Source: a virus
Lineage: Duplodnaviria > Caudoviricetes
DNA: 61,797 nucleotides
Direction: 5' to 3' (one strand)
IMG/VR virus record: IMGVR_UViG_3300037280_000106
Location: 1 to 61,797 of that record
Shown: positions 20,433 to 32,038 of the stretch, one piece after another
Position numbering within the stretch: the stretch's first letter is position 1
How the letters are laid out: each line of letters opens with the position of its first letter
Made by a program: the position numbers and the translations under genes
Notes under the pieces: model-generated
What the model was told of the DNA's origin: nothing
Databases searched by the model: none
Seen by the model: only the letters and a program-made list of their open reading frames with translations

Positions 20433-22159
20433 ATGCCAAGAGGGGATCGCTTTATGACGTGTGATACAATTGAAAGATACGAAAATGGAATGCCTGTTTT
20501 TAAAAAGAAAAGAGCATTCAACACACTAGAAGAAGCTATTAAGGAAGCTAAGAAAGTAAACTCTGGCGACCATATAATTCATAAAGTGGTCGCTTACAGA
20601 TGCGAGTATTGTTTCAAGTTTCATTTAGGCAGAAATGGTCATGAGTTGACAGAGAAAGAACGCCTTAAATTTAAAAATGCAATAAAGAAATAATTATGTC
20701 AATAGAGAAAATTAAAGAAGATATCATTGCAATGAGCAAGGAATTCGACGAAAAGGATGGCTGCGTGACATGTGAATTAAGCATACACAAGGATTCTATT
20801 GATGATTTCGTTAAATTTGTAACAGAAAACACTGATATTAAGCTAGGTAATTGGGTTTTATATGAATGCGAAACATGTGTCGGCTATCATGGTGAAGGCT
20901 ATATCCATGCAAGCATTGAGTCAACTGGCTTCTTCAAATGGTTTAACCAGTCGCAATTAATTAAAATTGTGTAACTTTTTCAGAGTTTAATCGTATAAGA
21001 AAATATGAAAACAAACAGAACATCATCGGAATTTCAATTTGGCTTTTATGTCGGCGAGTATATCGTCCACAGGTTTCTGCCGACACTGGATATTTATTGT
21101 CAGGGTGCTACTACTCAGGTCATAAAAGTTAATGACGAAGATAGAATTGAATATGAAAGGCTTGAAGGATTATATGCCGAAAAAATATGGGGTAATATGA
21201 CTAATGAGTCATATGCATCAGAATTCTTGGCTTCAAGGAAATTTGGTCAGTCACTGCAAGAAAAGTATATGCCAGCTGAACTTATATGCTATTTGCAGCC
21301 TCTTACAATAGCAAACATCGACGAATTTAAAAAAGGATTGAGGGATTCAATTTGGAATTCGGATGTTTCTTGCTATGATAGCCAACCAGAAAATGTAACA
21401 ATATATGACGAGATCGGTACAAAGGGTCACGTGTTTTTTACAATAATTAAATTTAATTTAATCAAATACGATTATGAGTGACGAGAAGAAATTTGTCGAA
21501 TCGGCAACAATAGCTCTGGAAAAATATAATGAGCTGAGGGATTTTAAAAGGAATCTTGAAGATGGTTTCGTATTTAAGATCAAGAAAAATCGATATTCCG
21601 ATGAAAAACTATCATATATCTCAATGGAAGATGCTGTGATAGAAATAGCTAATGCAAATGAAGTGCTTATGAAAGATATTAAACGTTTAACTACGCAGAA
21701 TGACGAATATTTTGCTGGAAACGAAAAGTTGAAGGTTAAGTTGTCGAAAATGTCTATCTGGGAATTCATTAAATGGAGACGTAACATATTATGAAAACAA
21801 TAACTCTTAAATACGATTATAGTACGATTCTTGAAGACGTATTAAAAATCATTGAATACCCATGTTTGATCAGCATTATAAAAATGAATGATAATGACAC
21901 TTATGATTATAAGCATGATTTTTACGCTGGAGCATGGGCACATGATTGTATTCGGGACGTAAAGGTTGCGTTATACCTCGACGATGACACTAAGAACCTA
22001 ACAGACGGATTAGTAGTTATTAACGTTTTTGACGTGCCTGAATATGTTAAATATGTGACGAAGCAAGGCGGCGTCATTAGGTCTGACACTCGACATGCTT
22101 ATTTCTCAGCGTCTGAGGCTGAGATTATTGACTATTATAAAAAAATAAGTGTAAAATAA
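20433..22159 (+). other. Five hypothetical ORFs (20433 with CxxC..H, 20696, 21005, 21474, 21791)
   Basis: Packed co-oriented ORFs. Confidence 0.6.
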
Positions 22160-22274
22160 TTAACATCTATGAAAATGGCACTATTTATATTAAATATGTG
22201 AAATGTGTGAATATTGAAGTATTTTTAACATATTGTGATCAATAAATAAGTGAATGTGGTAAAAATATACCGTT

Positions 22275-22919
22275 ATGGCAAAATTAATTAGTGATAACTC
22301 AAGCAGTGAGCAAAAAAGAAGCCTTGCTAGAAAATTTATAGATGATATAGTTCATCACAGATTCCTAATTGTTGCATTAACAATTTATTTCGGAATCGCT
22401 TATGCTTTTATACCTCCACTGGTCAATCAACTGAAAGCATTAAAATCAATTAGCAAAAATTTATCTGGCGTAAACTATCATGCTGACAGACATAAGTCAA
22501 TTAGTTTTGGGACTCATGAGTTTGCAGAACTAATACCATCAGATAGTATTCCTGATTTAATTAGATTGTTTAAAAAGGGCGACGATTTGGCAGATTATTG
22601 CGATGCTAACAACAGTCCCGACATTGAAAGAGCAATTGGTAGTATGTGCCACTATCAAATAATATTCAAACGTGCCTCTAATATAAACTTCATATTAATT
22701 GCTCATGGTAATATTAACGTATCATTCATTCCTAGTATTAAGTCTGGATATTTTACTGAAATTTTGACAAAAGATCGTGATAATTATTATAATACATTGA
22801 AAACAAGCACAGAAAAAATTGATATCACAAACATTGGCATGGATAAGATCATCAACAACGATAAGATCATCAACAACGATAAGATCATCAACAACGATAC
22901 AGTACAAACCATTAAATAA
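22275..22919 (+). CDS. Membrane-anchored hypothetical protein
   Basis: N-terminal hydrophobic segment; C-terminal DKIINN repeated three times. Confidence 0.55.
   Translation: MAKLISDNSSSEQKRSLARKFIDDIVHHRFLIVALTIYFGIAYAFIPPLVNQLKALKSISKNLSGVNYHADRHKSISFGTHEFAELIPSDSIPDLIRLFKKGDDLADYCDANNSPDIERAIGSMCHYQIIFKRASNINFILIAHGNINVSFIPSIKSGYFTEILTKDRDNYYNTLKTSTEKIDITNIGMDKIINNDKIINNDKIINNDTVQTIK
22842..22898 (+). repeat. In-frame 18-bp tandem repeat x3 (GATAAGATCATCAACAAC)
   Basis: Seen directly in the sequence. Confidence 0.9.
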
Positions 22920-22924
22920 ATAAT

Positions 22925-25900
22925 ATGTTAACAGAATTTAAATTTGATAAAGAAGATTTCGACAAAATCATTGAGCTTGAAATGATGCGTGAAACAGTCG
23001 AAAATAGTATCTTAAATCATCGAGCGAATATGTCTATCAAATACGGATATATTCATAACCAAGAAACAATGCCAAGTCCCAAGGGAGCACCATATTTTAT
23101 GGCTGAACCGAGAGTAGAGTAAAATCATCGTCAAAATAATTTAAAAAAGGTTGCATTAATTTGTAACCTTTTTTGTTTTTACACGTATAACACTAAAATT
23201 ACTATAAATGAAAACATTTATTAAAACATTTTGGGCAGCATTTAAGGATGGTAAAATAACGATTGGCTTTACATGGCTATTCTTTTTTTGTGTATCGCTT
23301 ACAGGTAAAACGCCGCACACAGTATTTGAGAATTTCTTAATAAGCGGCGCATTTTCAATAATTGGCTGCTCGATAATTATAATATTAATATTAACAGGCA
23401 TATATCCCTCTAATCAACATGGAAAAAACAGGTAGAAAAATACCGATAACAGCGGCTAAAGCTATTGCCAATAATTATGGCTATACGCAAGTGATTATAC
23501 ATGCCTTCGATGGCGAAACTGGAATTCAGAGTGTTGCCACTTTTGGTAAGACTCTCGACGATTGTAAAAATGCTGCGGATGGCGGTAATGTAATAAAAAG
23601 ATTGATGGGTTGGCCCGAAGAAATGTGTCATGCCGTACCAGCAAGAAGAACTAAAAAACCAAAAAACGACGCACTATGAAAAATTCATCGTCACTCATTG
23701 CAACAAAATTCTTTATAATACTGGCTTTTGTTATAGGCATTTATATGCAAGCGTGTAAGCCAGATACCAGAGTATATGCAGAGCCAATAAAAAAGAACCT
23801 ACCAGTCGTAGACGGATATCAACAATACGTATGTGTTATTGATAGTTGCGAATATTTAGTATCTGGGACTGGCAATTCTCACAACATATGCCATAAAGGT
23901 AATTGTAAATTCTGCGCCGAACGTAGAAAAAAAGAACTTGTAACCTTATTAAATGAATTACGTATAACCAATAAAGAATAATATACTATGGAGAAGAAAT
24001 TAACAACATTTGAAGAGGTTGCAAAGACAACTGAAAGGCAAATAGTTCAATCGTGTCTTGAAACGATAAGACTTGAATCTACAATTCCATTGTCTGAAAT
24101 GATCGGCAGACTAACAGCAATATCAAATCGCATTGACTCAAAACAACTTGGCTTTGAGCCTCAATTACATTTCGATGAATACGCCAATCATGTCACTATA
24201 TTGATTTCTAAGCATGAAACAGACGAATCCTTTAACAAACGTGTAGCAAAGCTGCTTACACAAATTAACGCCAAAGAAATGCGTGAAATGAATAAAGAGA
24301 AGCAAAATGCCGACCGCATTAGATTGAAACATGACCATTATCTGGAAATGAAGGCATGGGCATTACAATCTGGCTTACCATTATGAAAACATTACATAAC
24401 ATACTTAGCTTAAAAACAGATGTTACTTCTGATCACGGATTCAGACCGTTAAATTCGCCTCAATCACTCAATCACTGCGGCAATGGTATTTACAATATAA
24501 TTGAGAATCCAAAAACCGATCTGGTAAGTACCGATATACTTAAATATATTGAGTTACTTGAAAACAATTCATTTGCTGGATGGACAGAAGACGAAGAAAA
24601 AGGCTATCGCACTGCTTGTGAATCAATTGCTGAAAAAATTAAAAAGTTGAAGAAATGAAATTAACATCGGTACAACAAAATATTATCTCAAAAATGAGAG
24701 AAGGCTATGAATTAGGTCATTTTCGTGGCGTTACAAAGTCATTCTACTCAATTCAAAAAGGCGGATGCGGAAAGGGTGGAGCAACTGTAAATATTACATT
24801 TCCGACATTTGCCGCACTTAGAAGTATGAATTTAATTCAGCCATTCGGAGTTAATACGTTTAGCCTTTCAAGATATGAACTATCTGAACTAGGTAAGACA
24901 GTTTTATTGAATTTGTTGTAACCTTTTTTATTTCTGTACGTATAAGTAATAAAGATATAAATCATGAGACTATTCAACTGGCTTAAAAACTTAGGTAAAT
25001 CAAAAAAGAAAGACGCTGATACTGATCAAATATCTGGCTGTTATAACAGAAGCGCATGCAAATGCGGAAAACAGGGTTATTATGTCACCGTTTATAACGA
25101 CCATAAATTAGCCAATGGATTTCCCTATACTGAAACTCTTTGTTTAGACTGTATGAAAGTACTTTGCGACAGAGGATGCGTGGTTGCCTTATGAAAGACC
25201 TATATAAAATGTCTGGATTCAAATTTATCGGTATTGGCGGTATTAAATGCCCTTGTTGCGGCAATGGATTAACAAAGAAAGGTAGGCATAAAGCTACTAA
25301 GCATATGTTTTCGAGCCTAAGACGATCTGTTTTAAAACGCTTAACATTTAAAGAAATTCGTGATGAAACAGATAATTAAATACCATCTTGAATATAAACC
25401 AGTACTATCGTTTACACTCGTAGACGTGCCTGACGAGCCAGTTGTAATGGAAATGCAGCAATTCTTATTTAATTCAGATCAAATTGACAAAATAAATGCC
25501 CTTATAGCCGAAATGAATGAATCATTAATGGCTGCGGCAATAATACCTTTAAAATATTAAAAAAATGATAAGAGAAGACAATTTACTATTTAGACTTGAA
25601 TGTGAACGACGCATTCCGAAATACATTAGAGTTGATGGCATTAGCTATAGGCTTCACTGTATTAAACAATTTCACATAATATCATACGTGGAATATGACG
25701 GCGAAAAAAACAACTATAATAAGCAATTGCCTAAGAGTTATTATCATAATCATGAAATGACGTCGTCAGAAGCTATTGATAAATTTATTAATAGGCTTCA
25801 ATCAATTCACTATGAGGTGCTTGATGAAATTGTTTCGAGAGATAAAACATTCCTGAGAGAGCTTACAGAGCTTATCAACAAGTACAGCAAAGAGAATGAT

Positions 25901-26214
25901 AGCAATACGCCTGATTACATTTTGGCTGAGTATATGATTAATGCTCTGAATGCCTTCAATATAGCAAAGAATACTATTGACGAACGTAATGCCAGAGGAT
26001 AATGTCATATAAAAACAAAGACGAACTACGCTTATTAAAAGGTAAAGTAGGTATATTTTATAATTATGGTAATGAGAAAGCCCTTGTTATTGGAAAGCTT
26101 AATAGTGTCACAGCTAATGGTAAATGTGAAAATGAGGACGATGTTTATTTTGATGAATTTGAACCGAAATCTAAAGAGCAATTACTAAAGTTGGTATATT
26201 TACTATTTAAATAA
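22925..26214 (+). other. Cluster of about 12 small hypothetical ORFs
   Basis: Packed ORFs after promoter motifs at 23162, 23939 and 24917. Confidence 0.6.
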
Positions 26215-26252
26215 CCGTTGAGATAAACGGATAGTGCATACAAATTTTTTAA

Positions 26253-26789
26253 ATGCCGAGATTAAAGAAAACACCAGTAAAATCAAAAACAAAAGTAGTA
26301 TCGTTAATTGAAATGGAAGAGTCTATTGCCAAAATGTTCGGCATTAGAACAAACATAATCGTACCAAATATCTCATGGGGTCTCAATGGCATGCATGAGT
26401 GTGATTTACTTATAGTTAGACCATCAGGTTACGCTATAGAGGTTGAAATTAAGCGATCTAAGTCAGACCTTAAAGCCGATTTCAAAAAGAAACATGATCA
26501 CTCTGACACAAGGATTCAAAAGTTTTATTATGCTTTACCAGAAGAATTACTGGCTACTTGCATTGAACTAATACCAGCTAGATGCGGAATTATTACGGTG
26601 TCTAAATTGAGAAGCACAGTGATTGCAAAGATGCACAGAGACATACCAGCAGGTAAATGCCGAAAGCTTACAGATGATGAAATGTTTAAAGTGGCAAAAT
26701 TGGGCGTAATGAGGGTATGGAATCTTAAACGAAAGCTTGCCGTTGTGAATGATAAGCTTGATGAATTAAATTTTATTAAGATATTGTAA
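26253..26789 (+). CDS. MmcB-like PD-(D/E)xK nuclease
   Basis: HECDLL...YAIEVEIKRSKSDLKADFKK...FYYALP...CGII. Confidence 0.65.
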   Translation: MPRLKKTPVKSKTKVVSLIEMEESIAKMFGIRTNIIVPNISWGLNGMHECDLLIVRPSGYAIEVEIKRSKSDLKADFKKKHDHSDTRIQKFYYALPEELLATCIELIPARCGIITVSKLRSTVIAKMHRDIPAGKCRKLTDDEMFKVAKLGVMRVWNLKRKLAVVNDKLDELNFIKIL

Positions 26790-27059
26790 CCTTTTGAGAG
26801 TTTTAACGTATAACATTGAAACAAATATAATAAAATATGAAAAATTCAATTACTTTAAATGCTGTAGAAATACAGTCTGGTTTATCAAGGGTTAAGTTAG
26901 CCGAAGGTCTAATTTCACAATTACCTGTAAATCATGATAGTAGAAACACATGGTTATTAAACTATGGTACGAGCTTAAAGGCTACTCAAATGCGAATAGA
27001 GAGGGATTTAGGGTTTGACTTGGAAACCGAAAGTTGCGAAATCACAAAATAAGTATTAA

Positions 27060-28193
27060 ATGAAACGAATTAGCATTGATCCACGTGTAGATTACATAAA
27101 GAAACTGGAAGCAATTTCCTTTAATTTTCACTCTCTAGGCGGAGTATATTGGGATGAATCAGCTTACTATGCATTTAACATGCGACAGGTTGACGAGCTT
27201 GAAAAGGCTACCAATGACTTATATGAAATGATGCTTACTGCCGTTCAATATGTTATTGACAATAAGCTTTACAAAAAACTACGCATTGACAGCACTTTGA
27301 TTCCATTGATTGAGCAGTCATGGGAAGATGAACATCCTAGCGTATATGGTCGTTTTGACTTTGGCTACGATGGTATTAATGCACCAAAAATGCTTGAATT
27401 CAATGCAGATACGCCAACGTCATTATACGAAGGCTCTGTTGTTCAATGGCATTGGATGCAAGAAGTCTTCAAAGACAAAGATCAGTTTAACTCGATTCAT
27501 GAAAAATTGATTGAGTATTGGAAAAGTTGCTTAAGCTATTTTGCCGATGAAACTGTATACTTTACATCTGCCGACACAATCGAAGACTTTACAACTGTTG
27601 AGTATCTTCGTGACACATGTTCACAAGCTGGCTTAAGTACGAAATTCATTGACATTAAGGACATTGGATGGGACAATGATAACGAAATTTTTGTTGATCT
27701 GGATGGTAACAATATCGTGAATATCTTTAAGCTTTATCCTTGGGAATGGCTGATCGACGAAGAATTTGGTAAAAATATTTTGGTCGAGAGTGAAAATACC
27801 ATTTGGTTCGAGCCAGCTTGGAAATCAATTTTGAGTAATAAAGGAATTTTGCCTATCTTATGGCAGTTGTTTCCCAATCATCCAAATCTATTGCCAGCAT
27901 ATTTCGATTCTTCTCATGGTATGAGAGATTACGTTGAGAAGCCAATTTACTCACGTGAAGGTGCAAATGTAACAATCTATCGTGAAGGCACTATCGTTGA
28001 GTCAACAGATGGCGATTACGGCGACGAAGGGTTTATCTATCAGGAATTCTATCAGTTACCATGTTTCAATGGTAATTATCCAATCATTGGAAGTTGGGTT
28101 ATCGGCGGAGAAAGTGCTGGAATGGGAATTAGAGAATGTAAAACCCTTATCACGGATAACCAAAGCAGATTTTTACCTCACGTCATAATTTAA
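27060..28193 (+). CDS. Glutathionylspermidine synthase family ATP-grasp ligase (YgiC-like)
   Basis: YGRFDF, LEFNADTPTSLYE, FKLYPWEW, EPAWK.ILSNKG, KPIYSREGANV, IGSW, GIRE. Confidence 0.92.
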   Translation: MKRISIDPRVDYIKKLEAISFNFHSLGGVYWDESAYYAFNMRQVDELEKATNDLYEMMLTAVQYVIDNKLYKKLRIDSTLIPLIEQSWEDEHPSVYGRFDFGYDGINAPKMLEFNADTPTSLYEGSVVQWHWMQEVFKDKDQFNSIHEKLIEYWKSCLSYFADETVYFTSADTIEDFTTVEYLRDTCSQAGLSTKFIDIKDIGWDNDNEIFVDLDGNNIVNIFKLYPWEWLIDEEFGKNILVESENTIWFEPAWKSILSNKGILPILWQLFPNHPNLLPAYFDSSHGMRDYVEKPIYSREGANVTIYREGTIVESTDGDYGDEGFIYQEFYQLPCFNGNYPIIGSWVIGGESAGMGIRECKTLITDNQSRFLPHVII

Positions 28194-28198
28194 TCGTC

Positions 28199-28890
28199 AT
28201 GAGAATTAAAGTTACAGCGAGTAATATTGCCGATATCCAGAAATATCTTGGCAAGCATCTTATATTTACCAACATGATTGTTCTTTTTGACAATCTGGTA
28301 TTTGAAAAGGTCGAAAAAAAAGGTAAAATATTGGGTTTTATACCTGATAACACTATCGAATACGTGATAACAAATTTAAATGTTACGTATTATGATCATA
28401 TCGAAGGCGGATTATGCAGTGGAATGGCAAATCGTGATTTTTTAGAAAAGCTATTATTCTACTATGACTTCGACGATAGAAGAAAAGACTATCTGAAAAT
28501 GGTATGTCAATTTGAAGCTTTTAACAAATTAAAACAAAATTCATGTCAAAAAAAGTAACTGATAAACAATTTGAAGCATTAAATGCTATCATTGGCAAAC
28601 GAATTTTGATTGGCGATTTCATATACGTCTTTACAAAACCTGTATATGAATTAGTATCTGAAAGACAAGGTTTCCTACGCCAATTCAATCTGCAAAGGTA
28701 TCTTATTGAGCTTACAGCATCTTATGTTGTTCGATCTGATGGTAGCACTATAGAAGATCAGTCTCTTAGCGATTCATCATTAAAAATGTTATTTTTTCTC
28801 GACTTGGATGCTTGCCGTAAAAAGTACTTGAAATTCGAAACGCAATATATGGCAATGGAAAAGCAATTTAATGCCTTAAATCAAAAATAA
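28199..28890 (+). other. Two hypothetical ORFs (28199-28558 and 28543-28890), possibly distant paralogues
   Basis: Similar length; shared GK..I....and RRK.YLK..Q patterns. Confidence 0.45.
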
Positions 28891-28954
28891 TCGCATTAAT
28901 TTGTAACATTTTAAAAGTTATATCGTATAATTATTAAATTAAAACAAATAAAGT

Positions 28955-29311
28955 ATGAAACGATTTTTATTTATCGTGAGCTTGATGATTGCATTCGTCG
29001 CTTGCGAAGATCAGAAGCCTCTTGAAGGAGCACAAATGGTACGTGATGTTAAATCATCAATTTTTACGACGGTTCAAACAAGGCACATTTCGGGCTTTGA
29101 TATTCGTACCACAACCGATACCATTCATAATGAACAGGGTATGGTTGTGAAAATTATCTCGCATCTTGACACAATTCCTCAAATGGGCATCACTAAAGAC
29201 ACTTTGAATACAGGTCGAAAGTATGTTGATGCCGAAGGCGATGAATACGAAAAAGACACGGTTATTGTGCATCCTAGGGATTATCAAATGTATATCTCTG
29301 TAAAAAATTAA
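28955..29311 (+). CDS. Putative lipoprotein
   Basis: Signal peptide with FVAC lipobox. Confidence 0.6.
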   Translation: MKRFLFIVSLMIAFVACEDQKPLEGAQMVRDVKSSIFTTVQTRHISGFDIRTTTDTIHNEQGMVVKIISHLDTIPQMGITKDTLNTGRKYVDAEGDEYEKDTVIVHPRDYQMYISVKN

Positions 29312-29314
29312 AGG

Positions 29315-29695
29315 ATGAAAAAGAGTAAAGTAATTACTATTGGCTTGTTAGCTTTGTCCATTGCGGCTTGCACAAGTCACGAAAAGAAACAACGTCAAAC
29401 AGTTAATGAACAAGGACAACCTGTTTATTATGTTGACAATGGACAAGGTTATCAGCATGGTGGTATATCGCCTTTCTGGATTTTCTACGCATATCATATG
29501 GGTTCTATGGGCAGAGTTAGTTCTTACCCTACTTATGTTCATCGTAGCAGCGGAAGAAATGGCTCATACCATATGACCTCAAATGGTCAACGATCAACGT
29601 TTTCAAGGTCAACATCTGTTTCGAGAAGCGGTATTGCAAAAAGTGGAATATCTCGTGGCGGATTTGGAAGCTCTGGACACTCGGCTACATCATAG
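29315..29695 (+). CDS. YgiB/DUF1190-like lipoprotein
   Basis: Lipobox IAAC; Ser/Gly-rich tail ending SRGGFGSS; near a YgiC-like gene. Confidence 0.65.
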   Translation: MKKSKVITIGLLALSIAACTSHEKKQRQTVNEQGQPVYYVDNGQGYQHGGISPFWIFYAYHMGSMGRVSSYPTYVHRSSGRNGSYHMTSNGQRSTFSRSTSVSRSGIAKSGISRGGFGSSGHSATS

Positions 29696-29771
29696 TCTGA
29701 TAAAAAAGGTTGCATTATTTGTAACCTTTTTTAAAATACAACGTATAAGTAATAAATTAAAACATTATATC

Positions 29772-30209
29772 ATGTCAGTAAAAATTCAGATCAACAGTGT
29801 TGAAGCACTTGAAAGACTTATCGGTGGAAACACTGAAATCGAAATCGAATTAAGACAATCAGTCGTTGAAAATTTTATGAAAAAGCATATCAATGCAATT
29901 GCCAACAGCAAGGTGTCGGCGGCAGTTACCAAAGACGTTTTGGCTGAATTGATTGTTCCAGCAAAAGATTACAGAAGTTCTGAATCACTTACTGCAAAAG
30001 CCAAAGACTTGTTACACAATACAATCGATTACCAATTCAAAACAATTTTGAACGAAGCACTTGATAAATATTTGACAGATACTGGAATTGATACACTTAT
30101 TAAAGAAAAGGCTTCTTACATTGCTGAAACTTTAACAAACGCCAGAATTGACGAAAGATTTGACAGACAAGTTGACGCTGAAATAAAAAAGAGATTAGGC
30201 TTGAAATAA
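29772..30209 (+). CDS. Hypothetical protein (start reassigned to MSVKIQ)
   Basis: ATG lies after the promoter at 29720; the longer ORF would overlap the hairpin and promoter. Confidence 0.6.
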   Translation: MSVKIQINSVEALERLIGGNTEIEIELRQSVVENFMKKHINAIANSKVSAAVTKDVLAELIVPAKDYRSSESLTAKAKDLLHNTIDYQFKTILNEALDKYLTDTGIDTLIKEKASYIAETLTNARIDERFDRQVDAEIKKRLGLK

Positions 30210-30283
30210 TTGCTTATTTTTGTAACCTTTTCAAAGTTTCAACGTATAAGTAGAAAATAAGTTCATTAAAACATTTAAGATAT

Positions 30284-30359
30284 GGCGGATTTTAGCTCAG
30301 TTCGGTAGAGCAGCCCAGCAAGGCAGGTCACTGGTTCGAATCCTTTACGTCCGCCGCCA
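30284..30359 (+). ncRNA. tRNA-like RNA with truncated anticodon arm and encoded CCA
   Basis: GGCGGAT/GTCCGCC stem, TAGCTCAGTTCGGTAGAGC D-arm, GGTTCGAATCC T-loop; anticodon arm only GCC-CAGCAA-GGC. Confidence 0.65.
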
Positions 30360-30435
30360 CATTCGCATGGGAACATGCAAGTTATCCATAATAAAGCTGT
30401 AATAACATATGATAAAAGCAGTATAAAAGTGGATA

Positions 30436-30512
30436 TGCGAGATAGCTCAGGTCTGGTAAGAGCGTGCCCACACATGTGGGCAAGGTCAGGTGTTCAAATC
30501 ATCTTCTCGCTA
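30436..30512 (+). ncRNA. tRNA-like RNA with non-canonical anticodon arm (TGCCC-ACACATGT-GGGCA)
   Basis: GCGAGA/TCTCGC acceptor, D-arm, GTTCAAATC T-loop; 8-nt self-pairing loop. Confidence 0.65.
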
Positions 30513-30531
30513 CAAATTAAAATTAAAAATA

Positions 30532-30813
30532 ATGGAAAAATATGAAGCTGGCAATACTCAGCCTGAGTTTATAGCTCTAAGAGAACAGATTTGCAATTCG
30601 TTGGCGAATTTAAATGACAATTTAAGTACGATTAATAGTAGAATTGATCTTCTAAATTTTAATCCTATTATAAAAGAGCCACGTTGCGAGGAAGAAGCTG
30701 ATAAAGGCAAAGGTACAAGTGCTATTGATAATCTCCAATACATTCTCGATGAAATCGACAGACTTATTGTCCTTACAAATACTTCGAGAACAAATATTTG
30801 TAGATTTATCTAA
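30532..30813 (+). CDS. Hypothetical protein (start reassigned to MEKYE)
   Basis: The upstream extension would overlap the tRNA-like RNA. Confidence 0.55.
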   Translation: MEKYEAGNTQPEFIALREQICNSLANLNDNLSTINSRIDLLNFNPIIKEPRCEEEADKGKGTSAIDNLQYILDEIDRLIVLTNTSRTNICRFI

Positions 30814-30829
30814 TAAAGTTCATTGAAAA

Positions 30830-31260
30830 TATTGTGAAAAGCGGCATCCGATTTTAGCGGCTGTGCGAGTCACATTAAGGCGGTAAACATGATTTAACAT
30901 GTTGTAATTTATTACGGTTATCCTACTGCCTTCGAAAATAAACTCTTTTGCTAAAAGCAAAACGACAGTATAAGTTACCTAAAGGTCAGTGTATAGACTG
31001 ACGATTCAAGGGGTTTGGCGCAACCAGACTCAATCAAAACTTAGTAGCCTTAACATGGCTATGTACTGAGATCATGCAAAGATCGTGTTTTGTGGATAGA
31101 TGGTATGGCACTTGAAAAAATGCCGCTGTTAGCCATTACGTGATCGGTTAGATTCCGATTACCATTTCCTTGCAAGAACAAAAGAGATAGAAAAGGTTCT
31201 GAGGCTCAAACCTCATTGAAGTCGACGGATGATATGAGGACTTAATCTCAGACCTTTTTG
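30830..31260 (+). ncRNA. Candidate structured non-coding RNA(s), including a degenerate tRNA-like unit at 31099-31167
   Basis: No ORF, boxA-like motif upstream, many hairpins; ATGGTA/TACCAT acceptor with ATCGG-TTAGATT-CCGAT T-arm. Confidence 0.5.
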
Positions 31261-31364
31261 TTAAAATATTCGCAGGTATATCACGATACGTGCAAATTTG
31301 CTCTTTTATGACCAATGTCTAATAACGTGATTGACGACAATAGGCTTAAAGAGTGTACAAAGGA

Positions 31365-31435
31365 AGTACCGTAGCTCAGTTGGATAGAGCGTCTTCTAAC
31401 GAGGAAGGTCATAGGTTCGAACCCTGTCGGTATAA
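31365..31435 (+). ncRNA. tRNA-like RNA (Arg-TCT-like remnant) lacking the 5' anticodon stem
   Basis: GTACCG/CGGTAT acceptor, TAGCTCAGTTGGATAGAGC, CTTCTAA loop without a stem, GGTTCGAACCC. Confidence 0.6.
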
Positions 31436-31521
31436 CAATTATGATACCTTGCATAGGAATATGCAAATTGCTTATAATAAAAACGTAATAAGCTAGAATA
31501 AAAGCGTAATAAAAATGAGTA

Positions 31522-31597
31522 TGTGGAATAGCTTAGTCTGGGCTAAAGCACTACATTGATACTGTAGAGATCGTTGGCTCAAATCCAACTTCCGCAA
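31522..31597 (+). tRNA. tRNA-Ile(GAT)
   Basis: TGTGGAA/TTCCGCA acceptor; CTACA-TTGATAC-TGTAG anticodon arm; GTTGG-CTCAAAT-CCAAC T-arm. Confidence 0.75.
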
Positions 31598-31619
31598 CTA
31601 AAAGAAGTTCTTTGAAAAT

Positions 31620-31945
31620 AAACGCCTAAGAGTGTGAGAGGAAGAAGCCAACGGTAAGACGGTCAACTCACAAATCTCTGCTCTATGGTGTGTTTTATTG
31701 TGAATTAAAAACAGGCGTAGTATCATAAAGGCATCTATGTATGTCACGCATAGACTTATCGCCGATTGTCAATTTGATACAGTTCACAAAAATATAACAA
31801 AGAGTGCCACATAAAGTCCCCGATGTCTTGGGGATCGACGGCATAAGTGGTTTAGCGACTCAAAAGTTCGGCACTCACGGAATTTGTAACCGTATTTTAA
31901 GGACTAAAATTATGTCAAGACTGACGTGGGAAAGACCTCAAAAAT
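31620..31945 (+). ncRNA. Candidate structured non-coding RNA
   Basis: No ORF; boxA-like motif upstream; long-range stems ACGCCT/AGGCGT and GAGTGCC/GGCACTC. Confidence 0.45.
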
Positions 31946-32016
31946 TGGCTAGATAGTTCAAGTTGGATAGAACGTCTGGATCGAGAAAGTCGCAGGTTCG
32001 AACCCTGCCTAGCCAG
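31946..32016 (+). ncRNA. tRNA-like RNA with truncated anticodon arm
   Basis: TGGCTAG/CTAGCCA acceptor, GTTC..GAAC D-stem, GCAGG-TTCGAAC-CCTGC T-arm; arm only TCT-GGATCG-AGA. Confidence 0.65.
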
Positions 32017-32038
32017 CAAATTTAAAATTCTTACAGTC

